A stretch of DNA of 63,230 nucleotides, counting the filler, from Octopus bimaculoides (Eukaryota), in assembly GCF_001194135.2 (NCBI RefSeq). It is 4 parts of 3 records of this genome, joined end to end, with 100 filler letters (N's around TTAATTAATTAA, not from the genome) between each part and the next. Parts side by side here need not be neighbours in the genome. Positions count along the whole stretch, not along the records: positions 28,946 to 50,551 come from NC_068983.1; positions 50,652 to 61,067 come from NC_068983.1; positions 61,168 to 63,230 come from NW_026406753.1; 1 more part is not named here. One strand, written 5' to 3'. Below the pieces are notes generated by a model. It was given only the letters and a program-made list of their open reading frames with translations. It searched no databases and had not been told where the DNA came from. The position numbers were made by a program, and so were the translations under genes. This document shows, one piece after another, positions 50,542 to 63,230 of the stretch. How positions within the stretch are numbered: the stretch's first letter is position 1; each line of letters opens with the position of its first letter.

Positions 50542-50781
50542 AATATATACANNNNNNNNNNNNNNNNNNNNNNNNNNNNNNNNNNNNNNNNNNNNTTAAT
50601 TAATTAANNNNNNNNNNNNNNNNNNNNNNNNNNNNNNNNNNNNNNNNNNNNTGGAAGGCTGGTAGAATCGTTTCCACGTCGAGCACAGTTCTTAGTGGTA
50701 TTTCGTCCGTCTTTACTTCATTATACTTGCAGTTGAAATTATGCTGTGGTTGATTTCCATACACACACTCACTCACGCGCG

Positions 50782-50812
<31 letters not shown>

Positions 50813-53800
50813 AAACAAACACACACATACACACACACAGATATATGAGGCGTATGTCTGGCAGAATCGTTTACAGGCCAAGAACAATACTTAGTGACAT
50901 TTAGACTGTGTTTGCTTCTTTAAATTTGGAGTTGAAACTCCATCGATGCCGACTTTGCAATTAAAGTCCTGGAAATTTAAATGTTGTGATTTCAAAACTG
51001 AGAGTTCAAACAGTACATATTTCAACTGGCTGCCAATAGCTAGAAACAGACGAGTAAGTAAATTAACGGATTAAGTTCCCCAGTGTTTCCTGCAGGCATA
51101 TCTTTACATTTGAGACAGAAAGAATTATATATTTACACAATTTCTGAAGATAACTTTTCTCGGCAGAGTCCATATTGTTGGATTCTGACACCCTTTACCT
51201 CGAATACTTGTCATTCACGAAAGGGGAAAAACATTTTATAAAGTCTATCCACTAAGAAATAAATGTTTTCAACAACAATGATGTACTAGTCGTTGATAGA
51301 AGAAAAATCACTGATGCGTGTAGTATAATGCTATGGGCTCTGCACATTTAAGTGCAACAAACTCAGTGATTTGTTAATATAGCAATTAGTACTGCACTTC
51401 AAATTTTGTGAACAAATTTCCACAAAGCAAACTTCAACAACCAAATTGAAGAACAACGGAAAATAAGCAGCCTTCATATTCGTCGGATTCTAGCAGGGTT
51501 ACTGTCAACCAACAATTCAACTTAGTTTAATTTTTCTTAACAATAAGATCTGTTGAACTAATAAGGTGATCATAAATCTAAGCCAACCGATTAATTTAAT
51601 TCGAAATTTTCAGCTGCTACGAAATAATTTATCCTATGCAGCTTCTGTTTTAACCTTGTACTATTAGGTATAATCTATAGCATAAATAAATAATTTAAAT
51701 GAATAGCCATGATTCAGTGTCGCACCATAAAAAAAACAAACTTTCACTTTATTAACATTGTGTACGATAAGTGCAGAGTAAACTGATGTATCTGTGTTTC
51801 TTATATAGCAATATTATATGTTAGTGAAAATGCAAAATGACGTAGTCGTTAAGATATGTGGTCTTTGTTTCATTTTAAAACTAAATAGAATTATAAAGTA
51901 AGTGACAATCCATTCAGATACACCGCAGGATAATGGATTGCTCTAGACATAGGTTCTTGTTATATCATGAGATTAACTAGTTATTGGATAGTCAATAATA
52001 AAGTCCATTTTAACATCAACAGCCTGTTAAAACATAAGAGCCAAAACAAATATGTAAGATTTGTTTTCCAGATGCGCTAATGGCTCTACCAACTTAATTA
52101 AATTCAATTTTCCCGTCTCGCTTATCTATATACAGTAGTACTTAAAACATAGATCTTTATAGATAAATGTAATACGATAAAACAGCAAGATTTATTTGTA
52201 TTTAGGGTATTCTTTTCTAAATATCACACCTTTATAGCATTTAACGCAGGCACAATTATACCACAGTCCTACTCTAGGGCAGTGTATCCCGAATCGATTA
52301 CTAATCCATTCGGTATTAGATATATGTTCATTTTGATACTCACTGTAAAATATATCAATATAATTACAATGTTTAAAACGTAAATTCCAAAACGTTAGGA
52401 AATTAGACAGATACCTCAACAAAAAATCGTTCTTCATTAGTACAAATACACCTTAGAAAATAGAATACCTGAGATTTTATTTCCATCTGCATCTGGAACA
52501 TTGATCTCAGTAAACAAATTTGTGATGATTTCATTTTGATTGCCAGAAATGTAGATTGTGGTGAAAAGGAAAGTTGAATCAAATTATTATTATCATTAAA
52601 AGAAATGCATTAATATATGTTAAAGACAGAGTAAATTACTAATTGCTTATGTTTCAAATAATGTAGCAGTCTGCTTACATAAGATTCTATGCATAAAGAA
52701 TATTCATCGATATATGTTTTTACTATATATCGATCTAATATATACATGTTAGTGTGTAGCTATTCAATGGAGTTTTGTTTTCAGAAAAGCTAAAGTGTTA
52801 TTTTACCTATTAAATATAATATTTTGTGAGTGTGGAACAGAAGGTTTTGTCTGTAAACAATTTCTGAAGCTACGCATATCCGCAGAGAAAATTCTGCGAG
52901 GTATTACTGCTTCTCCAATTTTAATTTCCGATACATTACGTAGATCACATAAAATTCGGAAACGGTAAACGTCAATGCAAATTTCGATTCGATATTATAA
53001 CATCGATTCATTGCACCGTATATACATATACTTTCGGCTAAGTACAAAGAAGAGTCATATGAGAAAATTATATACGATTTCCTAAAGTCCATACTTACTA
53101 ATTGCTTATTTACAATAAATTGAAAGACAACAGTCCTTTCAATAGTTGTCTAGGTAAAGAAAATAGACACACATCATTATATGTTCAAACAACAAGATAT
53201 AATTATGCAAGGATGAATGGTTGCAATTTATATAATATCGCATTATCAGAAAAATACATATTTGTGCGCCCCAAAAATAAACAACTGAACAACTATTTAC
53301 GGAAAATTTAATTCCTATTTGATAATTAATTAAAGCTTTGATTAAAAATTCCTTTGTTAGCCGTTGTTTATTGAATTAAAGGTGCAAAGATTAATTGAAC
53401 AAAGTGTCTTTCAAACAATATAGTTAGTAGGAGAGATGAGGTGTTCTTTGAAATTGGACAACAAATACATGTTTTATAGTATTGCATATTTACTACAATC
53501 AAATCGATTGCTGCATCAAATAAAATTGCATTTAATTTTCACCTCATGGTGTAAAGTAGGGATATTAATGGAACATGTGTTTGTGTCATTTCAAACAGAA
53601 GCCAAAAGTCAAAATTGATACACTTAATAATCAAATGCAAAGATAGTGTAGAATAGGTTATAAGATGCATTAATGACATCTAGGATGACTAGTTAATCGA
53701 TATATTATTCCGTACGATATCCATAAAAATGAACTCGCGCGTATGAATATTGTAACTGGAAATTCATTCCAATTTCAATGTATTGTAATTATGTCTCATC

Positions 53801-56800
53801 CATTAAACTGAACACAAATGCAATTGTAAATTGTCATTAAATTCCAATTCATTCTAAATTAGAACTGCTTTTTCATTCATAAAACAGAAGTATTTACATA
53901 GTGCTATTATTTTGTTCATATCTCTAATATATACACATATACATTCATATATACACACACATGTACACGCACACACACACATACACATGCACACACACAC
54001 ACACACAGACACAAACATACACAAACATACACATACAAACATTTATTTAAAAAATAGAAAATGGATGCGTTGGGTGCTCGGTGAATTCCACATTTAATAA
54101 TTTGATAACTGTTCGTAATAGTTATCATGTTAACATTACTAGGCATCATGAGTCCATAGGTCATGCCGTTCAATTTCTGAAAACAATTTAACTTATCGAA
54201 CTTCAGATCCCGGATGGAGTTTTCTACTGAGCAGGTGTGTTGACGCAGGAATACCCAGTGTGTTGGCCTGCACTATGTTAATGGTACGGATATGTTCTCA
54301 ACGCATAACGGATAACAAGCAAAGTCACCAAAGATAATTAGCAAAATAAAAGTATAAAAGGCTCATTAAAGGTTTGTTAAGTAGGATAGCTGGGATGTAA
54401 AATTATTTGTTGTGAACGTCAAATAGAAGAAAAGTGGTCTACTATTTGGTTCTTCATATGAAATACGGTTTCCGTATTGTCCCAGAGATTTATATGCGCA
54501 TTTTCTTAATGCAATAACTCAACGTAAACGAAATTTATATGATCTAGCAATATTAAGTAAGAATGAACAGCATCATACTAAAATTCTTTCTTATTCGATT
54601 AAATAAAGTTCTTTGCTATAACACGCACTGTTTTATATCGAAAAATATTTACTATATAGAATAATCAATGCCTCATTATCTATGCGTATATATACTAGTG
54701 TGTGTGTATGCATATATATATATAAGTGTGTGTGTGTGTGTACACACTTGCATTCCATGGGAAAAGAAATCAAACTTTCTAAGAACGTGTTATATTGTGT
54801 AGTATAACCGATTAAAAGAGTACATGGAGTCGCAGTGAGGAATGGGTAATCCGGGTTCCAGACAATTTCGCTCTTCAGCGAAATTTTGAAAGGAGATATA
54901 ACGGAGTATTGCATTTTCTATGCTAAATAAAAACTGATTTCAATACATAACGAATGCAGGACCGTGTGAACTTCATACGTGGCCAAGAAGTGATAGGACA
55001 AACAGTGTATGAAGGAAGAAAAGAGTAATGGAATGAGGAATGTCACCTAAATAGACAAATGTATTACCTCAACCCTTTTGTATATATGAACTTCCACTTC
55101 TTAAACTAAGAGTTAAACGAAATCTGCCAGCTATATTTAACAATCCACGAACCTGTTCAGATGCATTTCCTTCTTTGCTCAACCTGAATTTTCCATGTCA
55201 TTTTACATTCTCAAACCCTTGATTATGCATTTTTCAGCCGCATCAAGCAAGACAATACGGTGTAACTTATGAAAATTTTATTTCTGAAAATAGTTTGACA
55301 ATGAAAAATTTGTCTCGCTGTCTCAATCTGACCGTTCATATGTTTCCCCTGTTTTGCTCCTTCATTCCTATTCTCCTCCCTTCTACTACCACCATTTTAT
55401 TTTGCTTTATCCTACTCCAATTCTGTATCTTCAGAAATATTTCCTAAAGTAATAGCATCATCAGTTTAGTATTTCGATGAAGCATTGACACTTAGAAACT
55501 ATGTGAACTTTTACTTGGTTAAGTCTGAACGGTGACAAAAGGAATGCTATTTTTGTGGTACATATGCTTACGGTCATTGTAATATGATTTACAGTCCCAG
55601 AAAGCAAAGTTTGTGCGTGGGTTTGTTTATAAATTATCAAAGCACATCAAAAATTATGTTCAGTTTTATATGATAAACCGATCTCGAAATATATATGAAA
55701 CTTTTGTGTCCTGAAATGATAATAAAGATACACTAAGGAATTAGGACAGATCTTATATCGGCGTTGAAATTGATCCTATGCTGCCTGTTGCTTAATTATA
55801 TATATTAGTATTTAATTGAATTTACTCATACATTGAAAAGAAATCGACTTCTGGACTTGGATCACCGTGGCACTATCGGTCCTTCCACATTGCTCAAAAG
55901 CTCGTGTAACTTTATTCTTAGACGGGGAAAAAAGAAACCTATATCTTCTGAAAATACGAACATTAAGCAGAACCAGTCAGAATAGAATATGGATAATTCT
56001 ATAGAAATATTAACCATAATTCGTTTAAAAACTGTATAAAAAGAAAGAGATGTAGCTATTCCTCAGGTAATTATAGGTATTATATGGCGTCAAGTAGCGA
56101 AGAATATGTCGATATGAGAGAATAAAGTCCAAATAAATTCAGTTATATAATATAATGGTGATACCAAATTCAAACTATGAAGATAAATTAATTACTATTG
56201 ATAAAAGCCTTCAGGAGAATTGTTGAAAAAAGAAATTGCTGAGCAACTTAATTTTCAGTTGAAAGTCAGCCAGAACAATTCAAAACATATTGGACAGACT
56301 TCAAGTCTGCTAACCTAGTTTCTGCTTCCTGCGTGCTATACTTTTGAAAGTTATAATATTGGAAAGATAACTATGTGTTGTTTTCATTTCTTATTCGAAA
56401 GATATCCGGGGTTCTCTAAAAAAGATCCTTAAATTCAGTGGAACCTACATTATGTAAAATGTTTTGAGTATAATACTAAAATGATCTCAGTATGAATATT
56501 TGAGAAACGAATCGTGAATTGCATTTATTCTTTTATTTATTTATACGTTTATTTTTCAAATATATTCTTTTCAAGTTATAAAATGCTTTTGGCGACAATT
56601 ACACGTAATTTATATTACAGGTGAACTTAGAAGACTTAAATACAGTCGCAGTTTTTGTTTTGCTGTTCTTTATTGAAGTGAAGAATGTATTGATTCTTTC
56701 ACCATTGTAATCGCTTTGAAAATAGTTTCAATTGTATGTAGTTTTAAACATTCTTCCTTATGTATGAAGTAAATACACATTAATAACTTCTTCCTCATTT

Positions 56801-58270
56801 CGTAGTTTACTGCTAATTCAATGTTCGTCTAAGGAAAGGAAATTACTATCATTATAAAAAACAACTCCTTGCAATTTTTGCATCCTAAGAAGACGCATTT
56901 ATTCATTTTCTTTGATGTTCTTAATTTTGTCATCAATCTTCAGGTCGACAGCAGAGAGTCTGAATTCGTTTGCTCTATTCAAATCCGGACCTAATACATG
57001 TGTTGTTTTCCACCGACACGTATTCATTTGATCTGCTAATTTATCATTTCTATGATTTATGGGGTCTTTTGAAATATCAAAATGTACACAAACAAACACC
57101 TGATATGTTTTAACAGTGGCATGGATTACATTTGAAAATAAATTAGGGAGTTAAAATGAATGCGTTCAGTCTTGACTTCGAATTAATTTCATTTATAAGA
57201 TGCTGTCATATGTATTGAATTGATTTGTTTGGGTATAACTTATAACGGTAGTAATATTAAAATATTCTCTTTAAATTCTGGTCGATGGCAGGAAATTGAC
57301 TTCTTTTTTATTTCATCTTTTAAAACATAAAAAAAGTAAATAGCTAAATATGGTATAAAATTAAACTATTTTCAAAAGAGCATAGTTGAAAAAGAAAAAG
57401 AAAATTAATTGCAAAGAATCGGCTTTAGGACAGAAATTACATTCCTTTTTAGTTAATTTATTACTCAAACATGTCCTATAGTTACTGCATTTTACAATTG
57501 CTGATGTAACTTATTATTTCATTTCCGTAAACTAATTGAAATAGATATTTGCATTTCTTCATAAACTGCATTGAAACAACAACGATTACATAAACAGATA
57601 GTGCACCGCTTCAAGATTATAGATGTCAATTAAAAAAAATATATAACGGAATAAAAAGAAGGAACAATTCATAGATAACTCCAACAGAGTAATGCATTCT
57701 TTCACTGATTACATAAGATAAGAAAAAAAAACTGGTGTGTGTATTCGTCATTAATGATTGAAAGAGGAAGGAAATGTCTGGATGAATAAATGGATATCAT
57801 TGTATATAAATATTTCATGTTTTTAAAACAAAGTATTCCATTTAATAATTCAGAGAAAGAAAAACGTCATTAATACAGTATTGTTGTTGTTGTTTATATG
57901 AAATATATGCTTAATGATTACTGCATAATGCTTATATCAAATATATGCATAATGCTTACATTATTGTTGTTCGAACCACTAGGAAGACAAAACAAACTCA
58001 CTCAAATCAAATTTACAGACTTAAAGATATAAAGAAACATTGCTGATTTTATCTATAGAAATGCAAAATGAACGGAGAGTCAAGGATGATGACAAACCAC
58101 AAAGCTGGTGAAACAAATATCTTATAGCTTAAATATTAGAAAGATTATATCTTTATGTATCCAATGCCAGGAGCACACGCATTCACACACACTCACATAC
58201 ACGCACGCATATATATGCGTATATCTACTTATCAATCTGCCTATCTATCGATCTTTATACATACATACAT

Positions 58271-58327
<57 letters not shown>

Positions 58328-58614
58328 GTACATACACATATACACGTATACATGCACTAGAGGTTTCCCGGAAACAAAAGCATACATATATTGAATGCTT
58401 GTCAAATCAGTGGTTTAAAACAAATTTCATTTTCAAAATACATAAAATATACAGATATAAGGTATTACTTGATATTCATGAACTGTGTTTTAACTGATGA
58501 CCGTTCTGGCCCAGGCAGTACTGATAATGGACTCCAAAACAATAAGAAAGATTACGTTTGTTACTTGTGTGCAGACACGTTTCATGACACGTTTAATTCG
58601 TCGACCTCTGTAAC

Positions 58615-59105
58615 GAGCAGGAAAAATTACATCAAAAAATCATCACAGAAGATATACGTCCAAAATAATATTCTATTAATAGATAGATATATAAATATAT
58701 AAAGTACGATCATTTGAAAAGTAAAAAATATCTTACGATCGTTTCATTAATATATTACCCTTCTAAATGAAATCTAAAATTTATAATCATTATTAGGTAA
58801 TATATAAACACGTCAGAGAAAAAGGGTGCGTTTCCGTGTAGTCAAACGAATGCTATCTAAAAATATATGCAAAAGATGTTGTTTAAAAAGTTACTGGCAC
58901 AGAGGTGCGTTGGTACAAACTTGAGCTAAAATGTTCGAAGAAATAATATACATTCGTGGTAAAATACTCAGTATAAAATACGCAGTAATTCGTAATGTCT
59001 CTTTCAATAATCATACTTGATATATTTATATATCTATCTATTAATACAATATTGTTTTGGACGTATATCTTCTGTGATGAGTTTTTGATAAAATTGTTCC
59101 TGCTC
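58615..59105. repeat. long inverted repeat (~105-bp arms, ~280-bp spacer), foldback/MITE-like
   Basis: CATCACAGAAGATATACGTCCAAAA.AATATT.TATTAATAGATAGATATATAAATATAT on one arm and its reverse complement on the other. Confidence 0.85.
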
Positions 59106-59233
59106 TTGCTTTATAATATATAATAGCTCTTATTAAATGTCTAAATACCTTTAAGGTCCTTAGACATTTTCCTACAAAGTGCACTTATTCGAAATTCAGT
59201 ATACTGTATTCTGATTGAATGTATCTGATTGAT

Positions 59234-59264
<31 letters not shown>

Positions 59265-59451
59265 GGTATGTACATACGTGTACGTATATATGCATATACT
59301 CACATATTATTTGTACTATTACATAATAGAACGCACGCGTCTTCTTTGCAAGTAAGTTTTAACTTTATATTTTTGACGCGACTCTATCTATCTTCGTATC
59401 TTTCTCCCCCTCTCGTTCTTCCTTCTGTTGTTCTTCGCCTCTCCCCTTCAC

Positions 59452-59491
<40 letters not shown>

Positions 59492-59749
59492 TCCTCCCTG
59501 CCTCTCGTTGCTGACCTATATTCTATCTCCCCTTTTTTCTCTCTCTACGACTCTTTCTCCTAACCCCTCGCTGGTCACGTGTCCGGCTCCTGCTTCCTTT
59601 CTTATCTTGGCCACTGCCAAGCTAGCACGAACATCTTCCCTCTTCATTTCAGTTCGTCACATCACAGCGTTCAGTATACATATATTTTTTTTTCACGTCT
59701 GGCCCTACTAGCCCTTCTTGTTTATTTTCACTGATTCGTTTTCCTGTCT

Positions 59750-60420
59750 TGTTTCTGTTCGCCACAATGTACCTCACATTACAAATTTAATTTGTTTCCG
59801 TGAGAAAACCCATTCTAACAATGCGTCATTCGAGGAGGGATCTAAATACAGCTTATAAGCTCCTAATTTGAACGCGGAATCTTTCAAGTTACTGGTCCAT
59901 CTCAAGAGATATCCAGTTGTTATATCGATGACAATTTTGGCGCAAACTCTCTCACACACGGATCTCACATTTTGAATTTCTTCGTATAATCTCTTCGTCG
60001 CTATCTTCAGTTTACATATTCCATTTCCAATAACTTTTTTCATTTACTCGACATCGTCTACACTACACTGTTCATCTGAGATTTCTACAAACCCATAGAC
60101 TCCTACTCCCATTTTGTTTACTCTTCTTTGCACTCCTCTCACATCAAACGGTCTCTTCCTTCTTTCCTCTGGTCCTGGCGCCTCTGCCATCAGTACCACG
60201 AGTTCCAGATGCATCAATAACTCATGTAAACTACATTTATTTGACGTTGTTATCCACACATTCTGATTGATTTGTGATCTTCTGCACCTTTACATTTTAT
60301 CCCACTTCAGCCCTCAAACCTGCATCCAGAATACTTCCCTTCCTCATCCAGAAAATCTTCTACTGCATCCCCGTTGTCATTTAACACCCTTCCAAAAATG
60401 TACCCTACCACATTATCTTT
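59750..60420 (-). mobile_element. non-LTR retrotransposon (RTE-like) RT remnant
   Basis: NKCSLHELLM...VVLMA and KRLYEEI...RSVCE...YLLRW resemble degenerate RTE RT/thumb regions; weak. Confidence 0.45.
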
Positions 60421-60639
60421 CACCACCCACAATATGATGGTACCATCTGTCACTTCTCGCGTTCCATTCATTTCTTTAAGCGTTCAAAAACCTGACAGCT
60501 TCCTCCTGTTTTAAACCTTAGTTCCCATTCGTACCGCATTCCTAATCTCCCTCTTTTCTCTGCTCTCAAAACTTTCTCGTTCCTGATTTCACTTGCAAGG
60601 TTTCCTTACTTTGAGCTAAGTATTCCATTCAGCTGCTCC

Positions 60640-60900
60640 TCGAGTTCGATACGCATGCAGTCTTCCAAACATATTCCCCTTCCACCATTTGCTCTCTTCA
60701 TGCGTAGGTGATCAATGTCTGCTCGTGGATGATAGACTACAGGATGAGTTGACGATCCCACTCAAAAGAACCCTGATAAAGGTTTGTTTAAGGAAGAGGA
60801 ATAAAACGCCCAAGTTTCCAGATGTCAATAATATTGAGCAGAATATTTTCAATAGCCCATATTTTATACCAAGACAAAATAATGTACATGATAACACTTG
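60640..60900 (-). mobile_element. R4/Dong-like LINE RT C-terminal fragment
   Basis: DIDHLRMKRANGGRGICLEDCMRIE resembles the D(V/I)DRLYLxRxxGGRGL motif. Confidence 0.5.
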
Positions 60901-60964
60901 CAGCCTTTAAAGATCAAAAGCCATGAGAACCACTACCTGGTACTGCATCAAGGTATTATTTTAA

Positions 60965-61030
<66 letters not shown>

Positions 61031-61167
61031 AATTTAAAGAAGAGTGCCATTTGCTATCTCGTGATAGNNNNNNNNNNNNNNNNNNNNNNNNNNNNNNNNN
61101 NNNNNNNNNNNTTAATTAATTAANNNNNNNNNNNNNNNNNNNNNNNNNNNNNNNNNNNNNNNNNNNN

Positions 61168-61211
<44 letters not shown>

Positions 61212-61604
61212 CTGGTGCTGGTGGTGATTGCAGTAATAGTAGTAGTGGTAGTAGCGGCAGTAGCAACAGCAATAACCGTAGTAGTTGTTGTTGTAGCAGC
61301 AACAGTAACAGTAGCAGCAGTAGTAGTAGTGGTAGTAGAGCTGGTGATGGTAATGAGAGTAGCATCAGCAGCAGCAGTAGTAGTAGTAGTAGTAGCAGCA
61401 GAGTAATAGTAGTAGTAGCATCAGCAGCAGCAGTAGTAGTAGTAGTAGCAGCAGCAGAGTAATAGTAGTAGAAGTAGCAGCAGCAGTAGTAGTAGTAGTA
61501 GTAATAGTAGTAGTGCCAGTAGCAGCAGTAGCAGTCGTAGCAGTAGTAGTAGTAGCAGCAGCAGCAGGGGCAGTAGCAGCAACAGTAGTAGTAGTAGTAG
61601 TAGA
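61168..61604. repeat. compound (TAG)n/(CAG)n trinucleotide tract
   Basis: Directly visible. Similar tracts at 49525-49618, and (ATT)n at 60965-61028 and 62055-62133. Confidence 0.9.
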
Positions 61605-62050
61605 CCACAAACCGCACGACATTGAAGGGTAATGAATAAATAAAAGACGTGAATTACAGCCGCAACATGTCGTCGTTATGAACTAATTTTAAAGCAGCGT
61701 CTTCTCTGGAGACTTGATGATTATAATAATTATGCCATGAATATTTAAAATAGCTTCATCTTTTTCAAAACTGAATATAAAGAATTTAATTTTATATTAT
61801 TCAAGCAAAGTATTATCGTCGGCCACCATTTTCTTCCACTCAAATTGAAATTATGCAATTAAAAATTTCTAACTTCTTCTTCTTACCCAAATTTAGTCTC
61901 TGAATTGTGACCTTTAGTAATTTTGTACATTTTGACATTCTACCAGCAGTAAGCAGAAAACTCGGCTGGAAGCTATCAGCTAAAGGAATGCTTTCCAAAA
62001 ATTTAAGATAACGAATTCTTCACATATATTTTTCCCTTTTCCTTCACAGA

Positions 62051-62135
<85 letters not shown>

Positions 62136-62689
62136 TTTCTTCAATATTTTAATTTTCTTCTTTTATTTCAGACTTGACTAATTTCTTTCGGTTCCTTCTC
62201 CAAAAATGTCATCTTGCACTCATCAACTTAACTCGTGACATTCAATTAAGTTCCTTAGACAAGGTTCTGCACTAAAGAACACGTATTAATCTCATTCTAT
62301 GGAACTGTATTTCTTTGAGACTTCCTTCCTTTATGCGAACCTTCTTCTTTCCTACTGTTTAGTAATCAACAGCTATTCAGTAAAAAAGGGGGAAAATGTT
62401 GGAAAAAATACAATTTATTATTTTTTTTTTACTTACATACACAATGTCTTTTATTTTCGTTCACTTTCACATTAGAAAGTCTTCTAAAGAGAAACAAGCA
62501 TCTAAAATGCAATAAAAACTATAGAATTCCTTACATACGTTTTTGGAATTCATCGAATATCTAAAATGTCCGTATCTTCAATATAAAATAGATTGTTTGA
62601 AATATATCTTTCATTTGCAAGAGATGACGAACCTATTACTCCAACAATTCAGACTATAGTATTTATCTGGAAAGTTGTATTTCTTACAA

Positions 62690-63014
62690 GTGGCACTCCG
62701 TCGGCTACGACGACGAGGATTCCAGTTGCTCCAATAAACAGAACAGCCTGCTTGTGAAGCTAACAGCCAAGTGGTTGAGCACTCCACAGACACACGTAAC
62801 CTTAACGTACTTCTCAGGAAGATTCAGTGTGGCACAGAGTCTGACAAGGCTGGTCCCGTTCGAATTACGGGTACGACTCATTTTTGCAAGCTGATTGGAC
62901 TGAAGCAACGTGAAATAGAGTGTCTTGCTCAAGGACACAACGCGTCGCCAGGAATCGAACTCACGACCTTACGATCATAAGCTGAGTACCCTAACCACTG
63001 AGCCACGCACCTTC
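62690..63014 (-). mobile_element. SINE family C variant (same head, different tail)
   Basis: Shares GCAACGTGAAATA.AGTGTCTTGCTCAAG.AC...GGAATCGAACT with 50185-50541, but the distal part differs. Confidence 0.75.
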
Positions 63015-63049
63015 GCTTGTATTTCTAATTATACATTCTTTTCTACTCT

Positions 63050-63200
63050 AGGCACAAGGCCCGAAATTTGTGGGGAGGGGGTTCAGTCGATTATATCAAC
63101 CCCAATACGCAACTGGTACTTAATTTATCGATCCCGAAAGGATGAAAAGCAAAGTCGACCTCGGCGGAATTTGAACTCAGAACGTAAAGACACGAAATAC
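63050..63200 (-). mobile_element. SINE family B
   Basis: GCAAAGTCGACCTCGGCGGAATTTGAACTCAGAACGTAAAGAC. Confidence 0.8.
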
Positions 63201-63230
63201 CGATTTCTTTATTACCCCAAAAAGGTTATA

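Noticed and set aside
56899-57099. 66-aa non-repetitive ORF on the minus strand with a possible upstream AG
   Set aside because: I recognise no family and there is no companion exon evidence; it could be chance or an old RT remnant.

Overview
AT-rich, microsatellite- and transposon-dense animal genomic DNA with many assembly gaps. It is most likely a cephalopod of the genus Octopus: I recognise the SINE families from memory, not from a database search. The only host genes I can support form a cluster of four intronless SLC17 (sialin-like) MFS anion transporter paralogs in 6.5-23.1 kb, arranged + + - -. Two are intact (11302..12762 +, 16114..17577 -). One is cut after about 270 codons and joined to a hAT-like terminus (6523..7362 +). 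One carries two nonsense codons and a frameshift (21686..23138 -). Each copy has a homologous non-coding upstream module that begins at a splice-acceptor-like site, and a fifth, orphan module lies at about 660-1045. All four paralogs lack the TM4 glutamates that couple protons in vertebrate sialin. The rest of the window is TE remnants: three tRNA-derived SINE families, Penelope-like RT and GIY-YIG pieces, Tc1/mariner, hAT, a Helitron joined in frame to a mariner transposase, Ty3/Gypsy, LINEs and MITEs (one with internal telomeric repeats and an 8-bp TSD). There is also a 2.4-kb 10-bp satellite and a repeat-poor 7-kb stretch that I cannot explain. Three 44N-TTAATTAATTAA-44N spacers mark scaffold joins, so order and orientation across them are uncertain. 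All similarity judgements were made by eye and coordinates of degenerate elements are approximate.
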